From the IMG/VR virus record IMGVR_UViG_3300032234_000388, positions 32,001 to 96,000 of that record: a DNA stretch of 64,000 nt; one strand, 5' to 3'. The DNA is from a virus. Lineage: Duplodnaviria > Caudoviricetes. Shown one piece after another: positions 46,051 to 55,340 of this stretch. Position 1 is the stretch's first letter. Each line of letters starts with the position of its first letter. Position numbers and translations under genes: made by a program. The notes below the pieces were generated by a model. The model saw only the letters and a program-made list of their open reading frames with translations, was not told the origin of the DNA and did no database searches.

Positions 46051-49000
46051 TTAAATTTCTCCTGTGTTCTTGACACGCAATGGAATGTAAATGAACTCAA
46101 CTGCCTTAACAGGTTCAATCGCAATGTCAACATATAATTCGTTACGATCGATTCTTGCAGGAGTATTGTTGCTTTCATCACAAACAACCGCAAAGTCGTA
46201 TAGTGCTCGTAGACCTACTAATTCAAGCAATAGACTTTCAACTGCCTGTTTAATTTCGTCACGTGTGATCTTATCATTAGGTTCAAAGATGTATGGACGA
46301 GCAAGTTTGTTTAGCTGACTGCGTAGATATACTACCAAACGTGCTACGTTGATGCGATCTAATGCTGATGCATTTCTTGCACGAGTCTTTTGACCATAAG
46401 CAACTAAACCAACACCGTTAAAGAATGGAATTGGATTAACTTTTAGATCATAAAGTGTATCACGTTGACCTTCGTTTAATGCCACTGTTTGGAACTCACC
46501 GCTTAATGCATCAATATAACCAACTGCTGTTGCATTAGTAATACCACCACGACGTGTTCCTGCAGGAGCAAACCAAGGATAACTTACGTTGTCACTTAGT
46601 GTAATTGTTTTCAACATCATGTGTGATGCTGGAACAACTGCTGATGCACCGCTTAGGTCAGTTGTAAATCCGTTTGGATAGTAAACTGCTGCATATTCGT
46701 CAAATGTAACAATACCATCATCACTGTTGTCTGTGACTAGATTAGCGTTGGTACCCCATGTGGTTAAACTTGTAGCATCACTGGCCAAACGCAATGGTGT
46801 GTCACCAATAACAAACGCTGTAACACCGCGGTCGATGTTTAGATTAACTAGATTGCTTAGTAGCTCTGGGTATCCGGGAGCAGCAATCAAATTAAAGTTG
46901 CGACGCTCTTCATCACGGATTTCTGAACTTGTATCAACCACACTCTTCAATGCCTGCACAACAACCTTACGTTGTGCATGACGACCAAATGTTCCTGAAC
47001 CGTCTTCGTTATTGCCTGAAGCAGTTACCCAACGATCTGTCCAGTACGATGCCATTGATTGGCCTTGACCGCTAACAAATGCATTTCCTGCTAATGTACC
47101 TACGCTTGTTCTTGGATTCTGAACAGTAGTATCAATATATCCATTAGCATATTGTTTGACATTTCCGCCGCTTCGACGTAAATTCCATAACAACATACCC
47201 TTTGGATATAGTGCTGGATCTGGTGCATCTGGGTCTAAGAAGTTGTTAACTAACAAATCAGCAATAGTTGATTCTGTAGTTGAAGTGCCAGCAGTATTCC
47301 AGCGAGCATCTGCAAATAATACTCCATCTTCTGTGGTTTGATCTGACTTATCAACTAATTCCCAGCGTTGTTCTACATCGGCAATATCTGTTAAATTACT
47401 GTTGTATCTATAGATAGTTGGGAAATTTTCCATGTCAGCAGTGCTAATCCACAAATCGCCAGTTTGAGTTTTTACACCAACATCACCGCTTACATAAGGA
47501 TTTGAAGCTGCAACGATAGGAGCATAATTTGCTCTTGTTGTAGCAGCATCAAAGAATGGTGCCGTGGAATGTCTGTAGCCTACCCAAGTATTACCATTAT
47601 GAACCATGATATCTACTTCGGAGTAGTTTTGGTTAAACCATAACTGTCCATCAAGCGGTTCATTTAATGGTGCATCTGGTGATGCTGCAAATCTTGGATC
47701 TGTGGCTGCTAATGGTTTCCATCCGGACGCCAAATAAGCATAAGCTGCTGCAGCGGGTGCGGAGTAAAAGTTTTCAGTGCCTGTACGTGAATTTAAATTG
47801 TAGGCTGTAAAAATATCAGCAATTGCTGTACCTACAGTATTAGATAGTGTAAAATCTCCACCAAGTTTATGTGAAATAGTTAATCTGTTTGATTCAGACC
47901 CAGGAGTAACACTAACTGCGGTTACAGAAGCTACAATATTAGTAAATCCTGCTGCATTGATTCGTGCTGCAATTGTGTCGGCATCAGTAGCATTGCCTGC
48001 GGCTGTAAATGTAATAGATCTTGCAGTGTCTAATGCAAGCGCACCTTTCAGCGATTCTGCTAAAGTAAATGTTTTAGAACCAGGAGATATAGTACCACTC
48101 TTGATAAGATTAGAAGTAATGCTAGTAGCAGCACTAGCAGCAACATTTCTATACCATACACGGAAAGTAGCTGTTGTTGGCGAATCATCAAATCCAGAAG
48201 TTTCAGTAGCATTGCTCTGCACAAACACTGCATTTTCGCCGATGTTTGCTCCGCCGCCGCTGCGATCTAAATAAAATAATGCCGCTGAAGTTGTATTGTA
48301 AATAGGAGCATCGGACCTTACCCAAGATAATGTGGCTGAACTCCAACGTTTAGCACTCCAACGAGCTCCGTTATTTGGCTCAGTAGTCTTGATCCATACA
48401 GACCCTGTTGGTGCACCAGCAGTTCCAGAATTATCTGTAATTTTATATGTTGGTACACTTGTGTGTGGGCTTTGTTGCAGTCTTGGTGCTAGATATGTTC
48501 CTGCAAAAGATGTTGTACCGCTAACCCATGATCCAGTTCCGTTAGTTAGAGTTACGTTGCCTTGACCGGCTGTGCTATCTTGCGTATCAGAAGTGTAACC
48601 ATCTGAATAAATGTATAATATATTACCAACTGCTTGAGCGGTAATACCATCAATTGCAGTTTGACGAATACGAAGAGCAATGTCGGCTGCTGTTGCATTA
48701 CTAAATGCCGCGCCTAGTTGAACATTATTGATTTCTAATGTTCCAGATATAGTAGCTGAAATAGTGCGCGAAACTACTGCATGACTTGCTTTCCATTCTG
48801 GGGAACCAACTAATACCCACTGGCCTGCTGCAACTGCAGTTCCGCCGCCTGCAGCATTGCCGTTGCCTGCAGATTTATAATAGATTCTAGCATATTCTTC
48901 TTCTGCACCAAAAATGGTATCGCCTTCTACAGTTTGGAACACAACGGCATAGTCGCCGATCTGGCCTACAGATGCCTTTGGAGCATTGTTTTCGATCTTA

Positions 49001-49530
49001 GATGGAAAATCTGCGTCTGTTAATACTAAAGGTATCTTGTGAGTAAACTTTTGTCCGCCCACAGTATCGGCTGCTTGACCGTTCCATTCTTGGATACCCC
49101 AGAGAGTTGCTTGGGTGTCAATCCACCATTGGCCGTTTGTAGGATTAGCACCCGGAGCGTCTGCCTGTGCTTGTAGTTGATCTAGATCAATATCTGCACG
49201 TACAATAAATGCTGCGTTGCTGACTCCTAGCAGGCTGTATGCTGCTAACAGTCCGTATTCGTTTCTTTCTGATCCATGAATTGGTGTAGAACTTGCTGTC
49301 TGTTCAAAGAACGGTACACCAAATAAATCCACTAGATCTCGTTGGCTGGTTAATTTAAATGCCTTGCCAGCGTTGGCTTTAGTAGTTGCGGATGCTGTGC
49401 CTGTGCCAGCCCCGTTTGTTTTGTCTTGCGCAGTTGCTACAACGATAAGAGGAGTTGTACCAGGTTCAGCTGGTGTATAAAAACTCTCGTCGATTACCGT
49501 AACTTGTACGCCTGGTGATTGTAGTGCCAT
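46051..49530 (-). CDS. gp18: tail sheath protein (gp18-like) with large insertions
   Basis: SPGVQVTVIDES; PWFAPAG, RDTLY, RINVARL, FEPND, IEPVKAVEFI. Confidence 0.93.
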   Translation of the reverse strand: MALQSPGVQVTVIDESFYTPAEPGTTPLIVVATAQDKTNGAGTGTASATTKANAGKAFKLTSQRDLVDLFGVPFFEQTASSTPIHGSERNEYGLLAAYSLLGVSNAAFIVRADIDLDQLQAQADAPGANPTNGQWWIDTQATLWGIQEWNGQAADTVGGQKFTHKIPLVLTDADFPSKIENNAPKASVGQIGDYAVVFQTVEGDTIFGAEEEYARIYYKSAGNGNAAGGGTAVAAGQWVLVGSPEWKASHAVVSRTISATISGTLEINNVQLGAAFSNATAADIALRIRQTAIDGITAQAVGNILYIYSDGYTSDTQDSTAGQGNVTLTNGTGSWVSGTTSFAGTYLAPRLQQSPHTSVPTYKITDNSGTAGAPTGSVWIKTTEPNNGARWSAKRWSSATLSWVRSDAPIYNTTSAALFYLDRSGGGANIGENAVFVQSNATETSGFDDSPTTATFRVWYRNVAASAATSITSNLIKSGTISPGSKTFTLAESLKGALALDTARSITFTAAGNATDADTIAARINAAGFTNIVASVTAVSVTPGSESNRLTISHKLGGDFTLSNTVGTAIADIFTAYNLNSRTGTENFYSAPAAAAYAYLASGWKPLAATDPRFAASPDAPLNEPLDGQLWFNQNYSEVDIMVHNGNTWVGYRHSTAPFFDAATTRANYAPIVAASNPYVSGDVGVKTQTGDLWISTADMENFPTIYRYNSNLTDIADVEQRWELVDKSDQTTEDGVLFADARWNTAGTSTTESTIADLLVNNFLDPDAPDPALYPKGMLLWNLRRSGGNVKQYANGYIDTTVQNPRTSVGTLAGNAFVSGQGQSMASYWTDRWVTASGNNEDGSGTFGRHAQRKVVVQALKSVVDTSSEIRDEERRNFNLIAAPGYPELLSNLVNLNIDRGVTAFVIGDTPLRLASDATSLTTWGTNANLVTDNSDDGIVTFDEYAAVYYPNGFTTDLSGASAVVPASHMMLKTITLSDNVSYPWFAPAGTRRGGITNATAVGYIDALSGEFQTVALNEGQRDTLYDLKVNPIPFFNGVGLVAYGQKTRARNASALDRINVARLVVYLRSQLNKLARPYIFEPNDKITRDEIKQAVESLLLELVGLRALYDFAVVCDESNNTPARIDRNELYVDIAIEPVKAVEFIYIPLRVKNTGEI

Positions 49531-49634
49531 CCCATTTTCTCCTGGTAATAGTTGCTCATATTATTTAGCGGGTTAGACTAAAATTGGGCAGTTATAACAC
49601 TAGATAAAGGGGGCAAAAAGGTGTAAATATTAAT

Positions 49635-49970
49635 ATGAGACCGCTTTGCAAATGCGGACAGCGACCCTGTGCTGTCAACTATAAAAAGAATGATAAAATC
49701 TACTATCGTAGGCTTTGCGAGATATGCATGGCTAATGGTTTATATCACGGTATAGCTCGATGGCAGCGAGCTGGTTATCGCCTAAAATCGCAGTGTGAAA
49801 AATGCGGACATCGTAGCCCACATCTCGAAGTGTTTAGGGTATTCCATGTGGACGGCAATCTAGATAACTGCCGTCCTACTAATCTAAAAACAGTGTGTTG
49901 TAATTGTGCTCAGGTATTAGGCAAGGAGGGTATTGCTTGGCGCCAGGGTGATTTGATCGCTGATTACTAG
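49635..49970 (+). CDS. HNH-like Zn-finger protein
   Basis: CEKCG..HVDGNLDNCRPTNLKTVCCNC; TAAATA 5 nt upstream. Confidence 0.7.
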   Translation: MRPLCKCGQRPCAVNYKKNDKIYYRRLCEICMANGLYHGIARWQRAGYRLKSQCEKCGHRSPHLEVFRVFHVDGNLDNCRPTNLKTVCCNCAQVLGKEGIAWRQGDLIADY

Positions 49971-50573
49971 AGTCTGCGCCTGTTGATATAGTGCATCTAT
50001 AGTGCTGTTGTTATCAATAACTGCATCAAACTTTGTGCCTACCCAAGCAGTTTCTGAAGCGTGAATTTTTAAACGCTTTAGATCGTTTAGAGCCACATTA
50101 CTACCGCGATTAGCATCTATTGCTGTTTGATACCACTCGGGTAATTCGCCACGCTGTACCCAAACTATTTGTCCGCCCGCATTTTTAATAGAGCTAATTT
50201 CATTAGGGAAACGGCAATCTGATATAACCACGTGATCTTTACTATTGCGGAGTTTATTTTCTAAGCTAGCAATCCAAATATCGTCGTGAAATGCCTTACG
50301 ACAGACTTCTGTGCCCCAATACTGTAAAACCCATCTAGGAGTTAATGTAGGCATATCGAGTCTAGCAGCCCACCACGGATCAACTTGCTCTCGCCACTCA
50401 CGGGCTTCTTTGGTACGACCTTCCAGCATAGTTCTGTCCCACCCAAACACGGCTGCAACTGCATCCTTTAAAGTTGATGCAAAACTTTCTCTACGAAATT
50501 CATGAAAATTTACTAGATAGTCAGCGATAGTATCTTTGCCGCTGCCAATAAATCCGCATACACCTATAATCAT
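49917..50573 (-). CDS. gp1: deoxynucleoside monophosphate kinase (T4 gp1-like)
   Basis: GFIGSGKDT, SFA, TPRWVLQYWGTE, SDCRFPNE, HASE; GGAGG SD. Confidence 0.9.
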   Translation of the reverse strand: MIIGVCGFIGSGKDTIADYLVNFHEFRRESFASTLKDAVAAVFGWDRTMLEGRTKEAREWREQVDPWWAARLDMPTLTPRWVLQYWGTEVCRKAFHDDIWIASLENKLRNSKDHVVISDCRFPNEISSIKNAGGQIVWVQRGELPEWYQTAIDANRGSNVALNDLKRLKIHASETAWVGTKFDAVIDNNSTIDALYQQAQTLVISDQITLAPSNTLLA

Positions 50574-50593
50574 AACATCCTCCAATTAAAGAT

Positions 50594-50622
50594 ATTATAC
50601 AATAGATTTTTTAGATTGTCAA
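50594..50622 (-). promoter_or_regulatory. sigma70 promoter of dNMP kinase
   Basis: TTGACA-17-TATAAT. Confidence 0.85.
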
Positions 50623-50625
50623 ACT

Positions 50626-50961
50626 TTAATAATAAGGTTTTGGTGTTTTTGGCTTACCAGGATTGTTCAGCTTGTTGGCCAACACACTGGCAGTATTAAT
50701 CGACTTAGTACGATCCGTTCTCCGCGCGGCCTGTGTTTTAGTACGAGCGCGAGTAGTTTTCATTTTCTGTGATTTGGCTTGATTTACAGGTTGATGACAC
50801 TTTGAAGGATGACTTACTTGACGACTTTTTCTTGGTCCGCTAGTACAACGAAATTTTAATTTAGCAGTTCCGCTGCGAGCAGTTTTTTTACCAACACCCC
50901 ACACCATTTTGGCTTCGTAGTATTGTTCGTCGGACTCAAATATAAATTCTGATGCTCGCAT
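50626..50961 (-). CDS. small basic protein, possible internal head protein
   Basis: MRASEFIFES leader followed by a Lys/Arg-rich body. Confidence 0.6.
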   Translation of the reverse strand: MRASEFIFESDEQYYEAKMVWGVGKKTARSGTAKLKFRCTSGPRKSRQVSHPSKCHQPVNQAKSQKMKTTRARTKTQAARRTDRTKSINTASVLANKLNNPGKPKTPKPYY

Positions 50962-50965
50962 TTTA

Positions 50966-51724
50966 TTATCCAGTAATAAATGTATAACCAATACCGCCAG
51001 CAACTAAAGTGACCAACTCTTGCGTTAGTCTATCAATGTCTGCTTGTCCTTCTGACTTCATTGCAGATCCGTTGAGTGCTGTGCCGCCTTGTGGTCCTGC
51101 AATACTTGCAAACTTCTCACGTGCTTGACCTAACATAATTTTACAGTTGGCCAAAGTATAATCTTTGATCCACTGTCCAGCATATACGTCGTCTATGATA
51201 GCAAAGTCTGGCTTGACGTTATAAACCTGTAGCATTACAGACTCTTCGCCGCGTGGGCGTTGATGAATGATTAGTTTACGACTTTGTGGGTGCCAGGTAA
51301 AGTTAATAAAACTACCAAACATTTTGCCTACCTGTTCTTGGTACTGGGCAAACAGTTCATAAGTTAACAATCCGCCCATGTTAGTCGATGACAACAAATA
51401 GGTATTAGTATAGGCCAAATTAAACGGCTCAAATACTGTACCGCCAGTGCCATTACCTGTTCTAGATCCAACGCTTCTGCGAAAAATCTGTCGAACCTGC
51501 TGTATCTCTTTAGGAAGGATATATTCGTTTTGGCTTTCTGTAAGAGTTAAAAACGCATAACTTTCTTCTACAGAATTATCACTGCGCTGGCGAAAAACAC
51601 CCAACGCTCTGTTTAATGCTGTTTCGTAGTGTATAGGGTCTAATTCTACGTCAATCATGCCTTCGCCCAGCATGGCTTTACAGTAGTCAAAAACCTGTTG
51701 TTTTGCTTGATCAGATGTGCTCAT
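50966..51724 (-). CDS. gp13: neck protein (gp13-like)
   Basis: IDVELD, WIKDYTLANCKIMLG..KF..GG..LNG. Confidence 0.8.
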   Translation of the reverse strand: MSTSDQAKQQVFDYCKAMLGEGMIDVELDPIHYETALNRALGVFRQRSDNSVEESYAFLTLTESQNEYILPKEIQQVRQIFRRSVGSRTGNGTGGTVFEPFNLAYTNTYLLSSTNMGGLLTYELFAQYQEQVGKMFGSFINFTWHPQSRKLIIHQRPRGEESVMLQVYNVKPDFAIIDDVYAGQWIKDYTLANCKIMLGQAREKFASIAGPQGGTALNGSAMKSEGQADIDRLTQELVTLVAGGIGYTFITG

Positions 51725-51729
51725 ATTGT

Positions 51730-51750
51730 TATTTATCGTAGCGGTAAATA
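51730..51750. promoter_or_regulatory. back-to-back late promoters
   Basis: TAAATA on - (51730-51735) and on + (51745-51750). Confidence 0.75.
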
Positions 51751-51757
51751 TATGACT

Positions 51758-53164
51758 ATGCCAAGACTCAGTTTATACCGGCCCAACAAGGGCAACGACT
51801 TCAAATTTATTGACAAAACCGCCTGGGAAATGTTCCAGGTTGGCGGCACTGATGTACTAGTACACAAATACATTGGGCCAGGAGCTTCTGTACAAGGTGC
51901 AACTCCTAGTACCCCAGAATATACGGGTGGCGATAATCCTTTTAATATTCAAGATCTATTGTTTTTAGAAAACAGAGATCGAAAATATGATCCCGATGTT
52001 TACGTATTACGAGGAGTGTATAATCTATCAGATATAGATTTTAATCTAAGTCAGTTTGGTTTGTTTTTACAAAATGACACAATCTTTATGACGTTTCACA
52101 TCACCGATACTGTGGAAAAATTAGGAAGAAAAATTATTGCAGGTGATGTTATTGAATTACCCCACTTAAAAGATGACTATGCACTCAATGATCTAAGCTA
52201 TGCACTAAAAAGATTTTATGTTATAGAAGAAGTTAGCAGAGCTGCAGAAGGATTTTCAGCAACTTGGTATCCACATCTATATCGTGCCAAGTGTAAGCCG
52301 CTGGTAAACAGTCAAGAATACAAACAGATTCTCGATGGCATTGCTAATACTGACGCAGACAAAGGCACATATAACCCTAACATTACTTACTACTCTGGAG
52401 ACATTGTCACAGGTCCAGACGGTAAGAAATATGAAGTTGCCCAAGAAGTCACAGGAATTGCGCCACCTAACAACACCTACTATCAGTTGGCAGACACTCT
52501 ACGAGACATTATGTCTACCTACAATCGAGAGATGCAGATTACTCAAGCGGTATTAAATCAAGCTGAGGCTGATGCTCCCAAGAGTGGATATGATACTAGT
52601 AAATTCTATACTCTTCAGCGAGACAGCGAAACAGGTCGAGCAGAGTTGATTACAGTAGACAATGATATTATAGCTGAATATAGTGTAGATCGACAAACAC
52701 AGGCCACCGACGTAGATGGAAATTTATTATTTGACGAAAACGGCGACGCAGTTTATGTTGGCATTACTGCTGCAACTATGTTGCAGACTGCCGACGGCAA
52801 AGGCTATGACGGATACCTCACCGAAGACGGCATACCGCCCAACGGTGCTCCATTCACTGCAGGCATTGCGTTTCCAATCAATCCAGTAGAGGGACAGTTT
52901 GCTCTGCGTAAAGATTATCTACCACATAGATTGTTTAGATTTAACGGTAGTCGTTGGGTCAAGTTTGAAGACAATGTGCGCATGACCATGAACAATCTAG
53001 GCAGTGAAAATGTTGGCGAAGGTGATCTGTTTGAGGGTAAAGAAATTCGACAGACACAAAAAACAACATTCATTAATAATACTACAACTAACGAAATTGA
53101 CGGTCACACTGTTAAAGAAAAACAAAGCCTATCTAAGGCACTTAGACCACAGGCGGACGAATAA
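51758..53164 (+). CDS. gp14: neck protein (gp14-like) with C-terminal extension
   Basis: DLLFLEN, LSQFGL, GDVIELP; lies between gp13 and gp15. Confidence 0.7.
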   Translation: MPRLSLYRPNKGNDFKFIDKTAWEMFQVGGTDVLVHKYIGPGASVQGATPSTPEYTGGDNPFNIQDLLFLENRDRKYDPDVYVLRGVYNLSDIDFNLSQFGLFLQNDTIFMTFHITDTVEKLGRKIIAGDVIELPHLKDDYALNDLSYALKRFYVIEEVSRAAEGFSATWYPHLYRAKCKPLVNSQEYKQILDGIANTDADKGTYNPNITYYSGDIVTGPDGKKYEVAQEVTGIAPPNNTYYQLADTLRDIMSTYNREMQITQAVLNQAEADAPKSGYDTSKFYTLQRDSETGRAELITVDNDIIAEYSVDRQTQATDVDGNLLFDENGDAVYVGITAATMLQTADGKGYDGYLTEDGIPPNGAPFTAGIAFPINPVEGQFALRKDYLPHRLFRFNGSRWVKFEDNVRMTMNNLGSENVGEGDLFEGKEIRQTQKTTFINNTTTNEIDGHTVKEKQSLSKALRPQADE

Positions 53165-54684
53165 TGGATTATTTTTATGACGGGCAGATAAGACGATACG
53201 TCACACAATTTATGCGTGTGTTCATAGGTTTTCAATACAAAGCCGGTGACGGTACCTTATCCACTGTGCCTGTGCTTTATGGAGACATGACTAGACAGGT
53301 AGCAGCTATCATTCAAGAAAACTCAGAAAACAAAATGCCTTCTGTTCCAAGAATTGCCTGCTATATTTCAGGTTTAGAAATGGCCACTGATCGATTAAGT
53401 GACCCAACCTTTGTCAGCAAGGTACACATTAGAGAACGTAGGTACACAGATGCAGGTGGCACTAGAGATTATCAAAATGTTCAAGGAGGCAACTACACAG
53501 TCGAACGGTTAATGCCCACTCCTTATAAGTTAACTATGAAGGCAGACTTATGGACTTCGAACACTGATCAAAAATTACAATTGTTTGAACAGATTGCTGT
53601 GCTGTTTACACCTAGTTTAGAACTTCAGACTACTGACAACTACATAGACTGGACCAGCTTGAGTACCATGTATCTAACTTCTACCAACTTTACTAGTAGA
53701 AGTATACCGGCTGGTGCAGAAAGTGAAATTGATATCTGTACTATGGAGTTTGAAATGCCAGTGTGGATTTCACCGCCAGCCAAAGTTAAAAAATTGGGTA
53801 TTGTACAGTCGGTAATTTCAAACGTGTTTACAGAAAGTGGAGACATTGTTGGCCTTGACGATCTTGTGTTTAATAGGGCCAATGGAAAATTTGGAACAAC
53901 CACAAATAATTACAGAGTGTTGCTGTTTAAATCTAACACAGGCAGTCTGTCAGATCATCAATATGATCTTACTCTAGTAAATCCTGTACATGCTATATTG
54001 GCAACAGGATTAGATCAAAAAGAATATTCCAATGGTGAGCCGGTTGAGTGGCAGGCTATACTAGAACTGCAAGGCGGCTACACACCTGGCAGCGAAATAT
54101 GGTTTAAAAAATCTGACGGTACAGAAATACTCGGAACATTTGTAGTTAATCCGTTAGATGGCACTGTGTTAACTGTGACTCTGGATGCCGATACCTATCC
54201 AGGCAACACCGATATTACAGGTTTGACAGAAACTAGAGGCACTGTAGATGCTATTATTGATCCTTACAAATATAATCCTTTAGAAGTGTATGGCAATCAT
54301 GCCGCTATTCCTGTGGGGCTTAGATTTTTAATGTTAGATGCAGTCAACAACAGCGAAAATCGAGGCGGCTTTATAGAGTATCCTAGCAATCCTGCAGATA
54401 GTACTAGTGTTCCTTATAGGGGCCCACAGGCGTGGCGTGAACCTAGCAACAACGACAGCTCTTGGGAAAATCAAGATGGCACTGACCCTGTGATTGCAGC
54501 TAATTCTATCATAGAGTGGAACGGTAGTCAATGGAGTACCATTTGGGATCCTGCAGAAGCCGATACTAACATAGTAATCCAAAATATTCGTACAGGTATC
54601 AAATACAAGTGGGATGGCGAACAGTGGCTCAAAGCCTTTGAAGGCGAGTACGGCCCAGGAGATTGGAACTTTAAACTCGTCTAA
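53164..54684 (+). CDS. gp15: tail sheath stabiliser/completion protein (gp15-like), extended
   Basis: YFYDGQIRRY, VPVLYG, PRI, MPTPY, QLFEQIAVLFTP. Confidence 0.8.
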   Translation: MDYFYDGQIRRYVTQFMRVFIGFQYKAGDGTLSTVPVLYGDMTRQVAAIIQENSENKMPSVPRIACYISGLEMATDRLSDPTFVSKVHIRERRYTDAGGTRDYQNVQGGNYTVERLMPTPYKLTMKADLWTSNTDQKLQLFEQIAVLFTPSLELQTTDNYIDWTSLSTMYLTSTNFTSRSIPAGAESEIDICTMEFEMPVWISPPAKVKKLGIVQSVISNVFTESGDIVGLDDLVFNRANGKFGTTTNNYRVLLFKSNTGSLSDHQYDLTLVNPVHAILATGLDQKEYSNGEPVEWQAILELQGGYTPGSEIWFKKSDGTEILGTFVVNPLDGTVLTVTLDADTYPGNTDITGLTETRGTVDAIIDPYKYNPLEVYGNHAAIPVGLRFLMLDAVNNSENRGGFIEYPSNPADSTSVPYRGPQAWREPSNNDSSWENQDGTDPVIAANSIIEWNGSQWSTIWDPAEADTNIVIQNIRTGIKYKWDGEQWLKAFEGEYGPGDWNFKLV

Positions 54685-54697
54685 GCTAAGTACGAGC

Positions 54698-55078
54698 ATG
54701 CAACAGCGTGCCGGATTATTATTCTTAGCCAAAACCACAGGCAGAGTTTTATTAATTTTAGAAGATTCAAAGTGGACTGTGCCTACATTCGCTAGGCAAG
54801 GTACCCTATTTGAAGACGCAACGTTATTGATGAATCAATATTGTCAGGGTAGAATAATACCGATTGAACTATATCTAAGTCAAGATCGAGGTTTTGAATA
54901 CGGCACATACGTATGTTTAGTTGACCAAGAGTTTTTAACCCTAGCTAAAGAAACAATATCTTGGAGCCATCTTGACCATTTGCCAAAACAATTGCATAAC
55001 GGGCTTAAGGTCACATTAAATAACATACTAATTCGAACTAAAATAGAAACAATATTGGAGTTAAACAATGCTAAATGA
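54698..55078 (+). CDS. degenerate NUDIX-like protein
   Basis: AGLLF..GRVLLI..WTVP without a Nudix box; TAAGTA 5 nt upstream. Confidence 0.5.
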   Translation: MQQRAGLLFLAKTTGRVLLILEDSKWTVPTFARQGTLFEDATLLMNQYCQGRIIPIELYLSQDRGFEYGTYVCLVDQEFLTLAKETISWSHLDHLPKQLHNGLKVTLNNILIRTKIETILELNNAK

Positions 55079-55340
55079 AATACACAAATCAGATAGATTT
55101 AAACAAGACTATGAGCGATATTCATCTGCAATATCTCAATTACCCGACAGTGATTTTAAAGATCAAATGAATAACACTCTAACAAAGTTAATAAATGAAA
55201 TTAAAAAATTAGACAGTCTTCATTTAGAAATGGTATACACTAGACAGTTGCCGTCTATGGGAACCGACATCAAATCAACTATTACCGAGTTGAGACGTGA
55301 TCTAGAGACCAATCTCAAACGGTATCTTACTCCCAATTAA
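55068..55340 (+). CDS. hypothetical helical protein
   Basis: GGAG SD; 90 aa. Confidence 0.6.
   Translation: MLNEIHKSDRFKQDYERYSSAISQLPDSDFKDQMNNTLTKLINEIKKLDSLHLEMVYTRQLPSMGTDIKSTITELRRDLETNLKRYLTPN

Noticed and set aside
49635-49970. HNH protein as a mobile homing endonuclease or intron marker
   Set aside because: Short, lacks the last His, has its own late promoter and interrupts no gene; no intron structure seen.
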